Below are positions 57,219-64,000 of a stretch of 64,000 nt of DNA, piece after piece. Made by a program: the position numbers and the translations under genes. The stretch covers positions 24-64,023 of the forward strand of contig JAZDIT010000044.1 of NCBI GenBank assembly GCA_043804755.1, given 5' to 3'. The first letter of the stretch is position 1. Each line of letters opens with the position of its first letter. The DNA comes from Patescibacteria group bacterium (GTDB lineage: Bacteria; Patescibacteriota; Minisyncoccia; Minisyncoccales; JAQTPW01). The notes under the pieces were generated by a model that searched no databases, was not told the DNA's origin, and saw nothing but the letters and a program-made list of their open reading frames with translations.

Positions 57219-58814
57219 TTAATGAATCTCCTCTTTCTTTTCCTTTATGAAATATCTCCATTGTTCCAAAAGTTCTACGAAAATCTGGAAAGGCAGGTCT
57301 ATGAGGGCGATTACGAATACCAGAGCAGTGTTATACTTGTTCCATTGTCCGGAAAGCCATTTACCCAGTCTTATGAAGGGGAGCGAAATCCAGTCAATCA
57401 AGAATCCGAGAAATCCACCCTTTTCTTCCTCAATAGATAATTCTTTCGCTCTTTCTTTTATTTTTGTACCGGCAAAGAAAATGAGCGAAAAAAACAGGAC
57501 AAATATTATTCTTGATGGCCAACTGAAGTCTAATTTTCCAAGCCCCCACCAGATCAGACAGAATGTCAGGAAAAAAGTTGCGGAATAAAGTATGAAAATT
57601 GTGCCCTCCATTATGGCATTTTTTATGTAAGCGGAATGTATCGGATAAACGTCTTTTTTCTCGGTTTCGTAAACAACCTTCATCGTTTCCATAATGACTT
57701 TTTCCAGATTGCTTTTCCTGGGAGGTGTGATGCTCAGAACTAAAATAAGCATCAGAAGCGGGGGAATCGCGACATTCAGCCCCATGGCCTGCCAGCTGAA
57801 TTGGTGGAGTATTTTTGTGTCGATGGGCCATTCAATCAGAAGGGCCAGAAGCATTTTTGTAATGAAAATGGAAATCGTGCTGTAGGCCGCCGCACGCGAC
57901 ACCCTGGATTTCTGCTGCCGTAATCTCAACTGGTAAAATTCCCTTATTTTGGTTTCAAGAATTTCAGGATTACTCAAATTCTCATAGGCTCTGGTCGGGT
58001 CGTTTGATAAAATGTCGCTTAAAATCAAGTAAGGAGTGTCGTATTTTTCGCAGACTCTGTAAAATTTTTCAGAAAGCGGATGACGAAGCTGTTTCGAAAT
58101 ATCATCCCAGATAGAATAGACGTTTTTTGTCACTTCATCCAGTACGCTTTTGTTGGATTCTTCCAAAAGGAGGTTCCATTGCGGGAATCTTCTTTTCAGC
58201 AGATGATAAACGACGATTGGGGCATCCAGCTTGAAAAGAGCCTTATGGACGGCGATATAAATTTGGATGTTTTTTTCTTCATCGGACAGGCCGTCTATAA
58301 GCTTAATTTTCTCCTTCATCAGATCCGACATATACTCTATCATTATTCTTTCTTCCCTTGACGGATCAAGTATTTCTTCCACTTCGCATGCCGCAATCGT
58401 GGACATCCAGTCCTGAAGCCGGACTCTGCTTTTCCCTCCTTCCGGATGGCTGTTTTCGATTATGAATATATATTTGTCCAGTACTTTCTGGACGGTGCCT
58501 ATTTTCGATTCGGGTATTTTGTCGTTCGGGAAATGGCCCCCTCTTATCAATTCGAGCACGAACGGCTGGGCCTCGATTTTTTGCCCCACTCTCAGAAATA
58601 ATTTTCTTTTGAGAATTCTTTCTATGGCACCTCTCCTGAGAAGGTGTTCTTCGCGCCAGTCTATTACGCCCCTGATTTTTTCGTAAAAAGCGGCAACCTG
58701 GCTGGCAACTTCATCGACGTGTATCGTAGCGACGCCCTCTTTTTTCTGGAGGGAATCGTACCAGGCTTTGTGCTGCTGCAGCAATTTTTGCGTTTGTTGG
58801 GATAATTCTGTCAT
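57219..58814 (-). CDS. Conserved hypothetical membrane protein
   Basis: 531 aa; YEK.R..ID..EEHLLRR.AIERIL.R N-terminal motif, several C-terminal TM helices. Confidence 0.75.
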   Translation of the reverse strand: MTELSQQTQKLLQQHKAWYDSLQKKEGVATIHVDEVASQVAAFYEKIRGVIDWREEHLLRRGAIERILKRKLFLRVGQKIEAQPFVLELIRGGHFPNDKIPESKIGTVQKVLDKYIFIIENSHPEGGKSRVRLQDWMSTIAACEVEEILDPSREERIMIEYMSDLMKEKIKLIDGLSDEEKNIQIYIAVHKALFKLDAPIVVYHLLKRRFPQWNLLLEESNKSVLDEVTKNVYSIWDDISKQLRHPLSEKFYRVCEKYDTPYLILSDILSNDPTRAYENLSNPEILETKIREFYQLRLRQQKSRVSRAAAYSTISIFITKMLLALLIEWPIDTKILHQFSWQAMGLNVAIPPLLMLILVLSITPPRKSNLEKVIMETMKVVYETEKKDVYPIHSAYIKNAIMEGTIFILYSATFFLTFCLIWWGLGKLDFSWPSRIIFVLFFSLIFFAGTKIKERAKELSIEEEKGGFLGFLIDWISLPFIRLGKWLSGQWNKYNTALVFVIALIDLPFQIFVELLEQWRYFIKEKKEEIH

Positions 58815-58819
58815 ATAAT

Positions 58820-60544
58820 TTATTTTTTCTCCGTTACCTCCATTTTAATCCTTTCTAAGAATTTAGTTAATTTCAATACTTCAATTTCTTTTTTGCCTCT
58901 CGACCTTACTGCAACCGACTTTGCTTTCACTTCCTTGTCGCCGACAACCAGCAGGTAGGGAATTTTCTGCATTTCCCCGTTTCTTATTCTTTTGGAAACC
59001 GTGTCATTGTCATTGCTCAGCTCACAACGGATGTCAGCTTCTACAAGGGTTTTGACCACCTGTTCCGCATATTTATTATGGGTTTCGGAAATCGGAATTA
59101 CGCAGGCCTGTATCGGGCTTATCCAAAGAGGAAATGCACCGCCGAAATGCTCGGTGAGAATTCCTATAAACCTTTCAAGGGAGCCGTATATTACTCTGTG
59201 GATTACAACGGGAGTTTTCTCTTTTCCGTCTTTGTCTATGAAAGTGAGTTTGAAATTTTTCGGTATCTGAAAATCAAGCTGAATTGTTCCCAACTGCCAT
59301 TCCCGTCCCAGCGAATCTTTCATCAGAATGTCGATCTTCGGTCCGTAAAAAGCTCCGTCTCCTTCTAACACCACGAAAGGTTTTTTACTGCCCTTTAGGA
59401 TTTCTTTCAGTTCTTTTTCCGCCTTATCCCAGGTGCTCACATCACCCATGAATTTTTCAGGTCTTGTACCAAATCTGAAAGAATATTCAAGGTTGAATAT
59501 AGAATAAAACTTTTCGGCTATTTCAAATATTTTTTCATACTCTTCTTTTATCTGGTCTTCGGAGATGAAAATATGGGCATCGTCTTGGGTAAATTCCCGT
59601 ACCCTGAGCAATCCGTTAAGAGTGCCGGAACGTTCATAACGGTGCAGGATATCGCAGTCGGACAGGCGGAGAGGAAGTTCACGATAACTTCTGCTTTTGC
59701 TTCCGAAAACAATCATCGCATTCGGGCAATTCATAGGCTTCAATCCATATATTTCGCTTTCTTCCGTTTCACAAAGAAACATTTCTTCGCGATAATGATC
59801 CCAATGGCCCGACGTTATATACAGCTCTTTTTTATTCAAAAGGGGACTTCTTATTTCTTTGTAGCCGTATTTTATATGTTCCTTTCTCCAAAAATCCAGA
59901 AGTTGATTCAGCAGAATAATGCCTTTGGGCAGCCAGTAAGCCATTCCGGGCGCGGTTTCGTGAAACATAAACAAATCCAGTTGCGGACCCAGCTTCCGGT
60001 GGTCTCTTTTTTCGGTTTCTTCCTGCAATTTCAGATAATCCTCGAGTTCTTTTTTAGTTTCGAAGGCCAAGCCGTAAATTCTGGTCAGCATCTGGTTTTT
60101 TTCCGAGCCTCTCCAATAAGCTCCAGCCAGTTTGAGCAGTTTGAAGGCATCTGTCGGAATTTCTTTCGTTGACTCCACATGTGGTCCGGCGCAGAGGTCT
60201 ATGAATCCGACGGCTCCCGAAGGAAGAATGGTTTCATAAATAGTGATATTTCCTTCCAATTCATTTACAAGTTCTATTTTATAAGGCTGGCTGGCAAATA
60301 TTTTTTCCGCTTCGGACTTTGATACACATTTTTTAACGAATTTTATATCTTGCCCTATCAATTCCCGCATTTCCCTTTCTATTATCGGAAGATCCTCCAA
60401 GGTTATGGGGTTTTTCAATCCAAAATCGTAATAAAAGCCGTTTTCTATCGCAGGCCCTATCCCGAATTTTACATCTGGATACAGTTTCTGGACGGCAAAA
60501 GCCATGATGTGCGATAACGAATGGCGAGTTGTTTCCTGTTTCAT
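58820..60544 (-). CDS. thrS: Threonine--tRNA ligase
   Basis: RHSLSH, DLCAGPH, RDHRKLG, KPMNCP, FYGPKID. Confidence 0.99.
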   Translation of the reverse strand: MKQETTRHSLSHIMAFAVQKLYPDVKFGIGPAIENGFYYDFGLKNPITLEDLPIIEREMRELIGQDIKFVKKCVSKSEAEKIFASQPYKIELVNELEGNITIYETILPSGAVGFIDLCAGPHVESTKEIPTDAFKLLKLAGAYWRGSEKNQMLTRIYGLAFETKKELEDYLKLQEETEKRDHRKLGPQLDLFMFHETAPGMAYWLPKGIILLNQLLDFWRKEHIKYGYKEIRSPLLNKKELYITSGHWDHYREEMFLCETEESEIYGLKPMNCPNAMIVFGSKSRSYRELPLRLSDCDILHRYERSGTLNGLLRVREFTQDDAHIFISEDQIKEEYEKIFEIAEKFYSIFNLEYSFRFGTRPEKFMGDVSTWDKAEKELKEILKGSKKPFVVLEGDGAFYGPKIDILMKDSLGREWQLGTIQLDFQIPKNFKLTFIDKDGKEKTPVVIHRVIYGSLERFIGILTEHFGGAFPLWISPIQACVIPISETHNKYAEQVVKTLVEADIRCELSNDNDTVSKRIRNGEMQKIPYLLVVGDKEVKAKSVAVRSRGKKEIEVLKLTKFLERIKMEVTEKK

Positions 60545-60577
60545 AAAATTATTTAAAATCTCTTTTGAATTTATTTT

Positions 60578-60739
60578 TTAGATAGGTGCAGACTCCTTCG
60601 CAATCTTTAATTTTTTCGCAAATGCTGCAACACCTCGGCAGCACGCATTTTCTGTGGCGTTGGATCTGTCTTTGCACATTTTCCATAATTGTTTTTCGCA
60701 TTTTTCAGCGGAAAAGATATATTCTTTTAAAGTTGCCAT
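60578..60739 (-). CDS. Possible small hypothetical protein (53 aa)
   Basis: Fills the gap upstream of thrS, start overlaps the end of the 60727-61074 ORF; no homology evidence. Confidence 0.3.
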   Translation of the reverse strand: MATLKEYIFSAEKCEKQLWKMCKDRSNATENACCRGVAAFAKKLKIAKESAPI

Positions 60740-61074
60740 ATCTTTCTCAGCTCGGCGGAATTGGATACAGAGAATTTCAAATCCCCCCGTTCGTAAAATT
60801 TCCATTCCTTCTTTTCCAGTGCGAATTTGAATAACGACAGACCTTCTTCCCTGAAATTTTGTTCCGTGCTGTTTCCCTCAAAATATTCTATCGAGTATTC
60901 GTCTCCGCTTCCTTCGTAAGATTGCTTGCCGTAATTTTTCATTAAGTCATAGGCGTCTTTCTCGAAGTCTGTAAATTCGGCGGTATAGCCCACGGGAGTT
61001 ATGGAGTCCTTTCTGGCCAAACCGCAGCATCCTATCCGTGTATTTTTGAATTCTACTCTTCGTAATACAATCAT
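60727..61074 (-). CDS. Hypothetical protein
   Basis: 115-aa ORF starting 3 nt after the dnaE stop. Confidence 0.55.
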   Translation of the reverse strand: MIVLRRVEFKNTRIGCCGLARKDSITPVGYTAEFTDFEKDAYDLMKNYGKQSYEGSGDEYSIEYFEGNSTEQNFREEGLSLFKFALEKKEWKFYERGDLKFSVSNSAELRKIWQL

Positions 61075-61077
61075 ATT

Positions 61078-64000
61078 CTAAGCTTCCAAAACTTCTTCAA
61101 TCGTTTCACAGATGACCTTTATGGTTCCGTCGCGCGAATCTGTGCGTCCGGAAATGAATACTATCTTATTTTCCTGGAAAACCGCCGGATTCCTTTCTAT
61201 TACGCTGGGAAAAACCACTATCTCTATTTTATCATTCAAATCCTCAAGATTCACGAATAACATCGGTTTTCCGTTTTTTGTGATTATTTTCTTGAAAGAG
61301 GAAATAATACCTCCCACTTTGACATTTTTATTTTTCGCGCCTGATTTCACTTTGGAAATCGGAGAAACTTTTTTTTCAAAAATCTGTCTGAAATTTTCCA
61401 GCGGGTTGCTCGTGACAAAAAGCCCCAATAATTCCTTTTCCCAGGCCAACTTTTCGCGTTCGGTTGCGGGAGCGGCAGGCGATAATTGGAAATTGTGGCT
61501 TTGCTTTTGCTGTTCTCCGAGGGATTCAAACAGGCCCTTTTGCCCGTTCAGCTTGTTTTTTTGGGTTTCTCTGGCTATTTCAAGCAGTCTTTCAAGATTG
61601 GATAAAAGCAGATTTCTTTCGGCTAATCTATCAAAAGCCCCGGCTTTTATCAAGCTTTCAAGCGATTTCTTATTCAGGTCTTTGGAGTTTACCCTGTTTA
61701 CGAAATCCTCAATTGACGGAAAGGGGCCGTTGGCTTTTCTCTCGCTGGTAATCGCCTCAACCACATTCGTGCCCACATTTTTAACGGCTGTCAATCCGAA
61801 ACGAATCTGATTCTGGCCGGGCACCACGGTAAAGTTTGCCAAGCTTTCGTTAACATCGGGAGGCAGAACTTCGACTCCCATTTTTTTGCTTTCACCGATG
61901 AGAAACCCGATTCTTTCCACGTCGGTTCTTTCCGAAGTCAGAAGAGAGCCCATAAATTCAACAGGAAAATGAGTTTTTAGGTATGCCGTCTGATAAGCTA
62001 TCAGCGCGTAAGCCGTAGCATGAGACCTGTTGAAGGAGTAGCTGGCGAACGGTTCTATCCAGTGCCAAATTTTTTTTGCTATATCTTCCCTGACGCCGTT
62101 ATTTTTAGCTCCCATTATGAATTTTTCTTTCTGATCGGCCATCAGTTTTTTTATTTTCTTTCCGATGGCTTTTCTTAAAACGTCCGCTTCCCCCAGCGTG
62201 AAACCGCACAGTTCTCTGGCAATTTTCATGACCTGTTCCTGGTAGACTATGATTCCGTAAGTCGATTCAAGAATGGGTTTCAGTTTCGGATGCAGATATT
62301 CCACAATTTTCTTCTTGTTCTTTCCCGCCACGTAATCGGGTATCAAAGCCATAGGACCGGGTCTGTACAGGGCGCACATCACGATTATATCTTCCAAATC
62401 GGTGGGTTTTAACTGCTTCAAATACATCTGCATGCCTTCCGATTCAAGTTGGAACACTCCTATGGTATTTCCTTTTTGGAGGTTGCGGTAAGTTTCCTTG
62501 TCGTCAAGCGGGATCTTTTCCAGATCTATTTTTTTATTCTGTACTACGTAAATTCTGGCAAGGGTGTCTTCGATGATCGTCAGGTTCTTCAGCCCCAGCA
62601 GATCCATTTTCAAAAGTCCCAGATCTTCGATGGAATGCATTTCGTACTGGGTTACGATGTTGAGATCGTCTTGGGTGGGGTGCTGGAGAGGGACGATATT
62701 GTCCAGTGAATCGGCGGAAATCACTACTCCGCAGGCGTGCGTTGAAGCATGTCTTGCGACCCCTTCAAGCTTTTTTGCAAAATCAACCAATTTCTTGGCT
62801 TTAGGATCTTCCAGATATTCCTGCCTGAATTCTTTTATGCTCGCAAGCGATTGTTCGAGAGTGAAGCCGAAGGGTATTAATTTTGCGATTCTGTCGCAAT
62901 AGCTGTAAGGGTAGGCGAGAGCCCTTCCCACATCCCTTATCACGGCTCTTGCCGCCATTGTTCCGAAGGTGATGATTTGGGCGACGTGGTCTTTGCCGTA
63001 TTTTTCCGAAATATAATTTAGAACCTCGTTTCTTCTCCTGTCGGTGAAATCCAGATCAATATCGGGCATGGAAATTCTTTCGGGATTCAGAAATCTCTCA
63101 AAGAGAAGGTCGTACTTGATCGGGTCGATATTTGTGATTCCCAAGACATAAGATACTATTGACCCTCCGGCCGATCCTCTGCCCGGGCCCACGACTACGC
63201 GGTTTTGTTTTGCCCAGTTTACGAAATCCTGGACGATCAGGAAGTAGCCGGCAAATCCCGTTTTTTCGATTACAGACAATTCATATTCCAAACGTTCAAT
63301 AACTTCCTTGGATTTTTCCGGATATTTGTTTTCTAATCTCTGGTAGCAGAGTTCCTTCAGGTACTCTTCAGCTGTTTTTCCTTCCGGCAGCGACGGATAT
63401 TTAGGCAATTTTGTTTTGCCCAGTTCGAATTCAAAATTGCACATGTCCGCGATTTTCTGCGTGTTCTCCAGCGCTTCAGGAGAGTCCTTGAACGCTTCCG
63501 ACATTTCGTCGGGGCTTTTTAGCGAGAAATCTTCCCCCTTCATCGTCAGCCTTTCGGGGTCGTTCGGATCGGCACCGGTATTAATCAGCATCAGGATATC
63601 CTGGGCTTCGGCATCTTCGGGTTTCAGATAATGGGAGTCGCATGTCGCAACCAGCGGGATGCCGGTTTTTTTTGACATCGCAATCAGGGCATCGTTTATG
63701 ATTTTTTGCGAAGGTGTATTCGGATGATTCTGGATTTCCAGATAAAAACTGTCTGTACCGAACATCTTCTGATATTTCAAAGCAAGCTCTTCGGCTTCCT
63801 TTAATTTCTTTGACAGAATCAACTGGGGTATTTCTCCCTGAAGGCAGGCGGAAAGAGCCACTAAACCTCCGCTGTGTTTCTCAAGAAGTTCGTGGTCTAC
63901 CCGCGGCTTATAATAAAAACCCTCGAGGTGTGCTCGAGTAGTAAGTTTGACTAAATTTCTGTAACCTTCGGCATCCTTTGCCAAAAGGATCAGATGATAT
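61078..64000 (-). CDS. dnaE: DNA polymerase III alpha subunit (5' end beyond window)
   Basis: PHP domain, GPGRGSAGGS, MPDIDLDF, KMDLLGL, YSFNRSH, C-terminal OB fold. Confidence 0.98.
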   Translation of the reverse strand, partial: YHLILLAKDAEGYRNLVKLTTRAHLEGFYYKPRVDHELLEKHSGGLVALSACLQGEIPQLILSKKLKEAEELALKYQKMFGTDSFYLEIQNHPNTPSQKIINDALIAMSKKTGIPLVATCDSHYLKPEDAEAQDILMLINTGADPNDPERLTMKGEDFSLKSPDEMSEAFKDSPEALENTQKIADMCNFEFELGKTKLPKYPSLPEGKTAEEYLKELCYQRLENKYPEKSKEVIERLEYELSVIEKTGFAGYFLIVQDFVNWAKQNRVVVGPGRGSAGGSIVSYVLGITNIDPIKYDLLFERFLNPERISMPDIDLDFTDRRRNEVLNYISEKYGKDHVAQIITFGTMAARAVIRDVGRALAYPYSYCDRIAKLIPFGFTLEQSLASIKEFRQEYLEDPKAKKLVDFAKKLEGVARHASTHACGVVISADSLDNIVPLQHPTQDDLNIVTQYEMHSIEDLGLLKMDLLGLKNLTIIEDTLARIYVVQNKKIDLEKIPLDDKETYRNLQKGNTIGVFQLESEGMQMYLKQLKPTDLEDIIVMCALYRPGPMALIPDYVAGKNKKKIVEYLHPKLKPILESTYGIIVYQEQVMKIARELCGFTLGEADVLRKAIGKKIKKLMADQKEKFIMGAKNNGVREDIAKKIWHWIEPFASYSFNRSHATAYALIAYQTAYLKTHFPVEFMGSLLTSERTDVERIGFLIGESKKMGVEVLPPDVNESLANFTVVPGQNQIRFGLTAVKNVGTNVVEAITSERKANGPFPSIEDFVNRVNSKDLNKKSLESLIKAGAFDRLAERNLLLSNLERLLEIARETQKNKLNGQKGLFESLGEQQKQSHNFQLSPAAPATEREKLAWEKELLGLFVTSNPLENFRQIFEKKVSPISKVKSGAKNKNVKVGGIISSFKKIITKNGKPMLFVNLEDLNDKIEIVVFPSVIERNPAVFQENKIVFISGRTDSRDGTIKVICETIEEVLEA

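Noticed and set aside
1117-63941. Numerous antisense and alternative-frame ORFs in the track
   Set aside because: They are shadows of well-supported genes with no independent signals.
1-64000. Alternative genetic code (TGA=Gly as in Gracilibacteria/Absconditabacteria)
   Set aside because: TGA ends conserved genes at the expected positions (adk, mreB, pheS, gatC) and long genes are intact under code 11.

Overview
Core-genome window from a Candidate Phyla Radiation (Patescibacteria) bacterium, most likely a Parcubacterium. This assignment is inferred from the absence of rpmD/L30 between rpsE and rplO, the absence of rplA/L1 after rplK, and shortened AlaRS/ProRS/PheT. The window carries the str, S10, spc and alpha ribosomal-protein clusters, secY-adk-map, aminoacyl-tRNA synthetases, gatCAB, two mreB paralogues, gyrB, a thymidylate/deoxynucleotide cluster, miaAB, dnaE (cut by the window edge) and three tRNAs. 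The most striking unexplained signal is a family of ~41-67 nt structured repeats (9 units at 6 loci). Each locus starts exactly at the TAA stop codon of a gene (TAAGAACC-hairpin-GAACCTTG...GCTCAGAAATAA), lies in sense orientation and precedes a translation gene; five of six loci are inside ribosomal-protein operons. The stems covary, the loops read as GNA triloops and tandem GA pairs on the template strand, and the conserved core matches 16S rRNA h31/970-982 (CGCGAAGAACCTT). Other oddities: an initiator-type tRNA-Met without the three G:C anticodon-stem pairs; an RpoA without alpha-CTD; SD-less/leaderless core genes versus SD-bearing accessory genes; a terminator-flanked mini-cassette (promoter, SD, 9-codon ORF, long hairpins) splitting the S10 operon; a fused PyrE-PyrF; and a solo Cas4-like nuclease.
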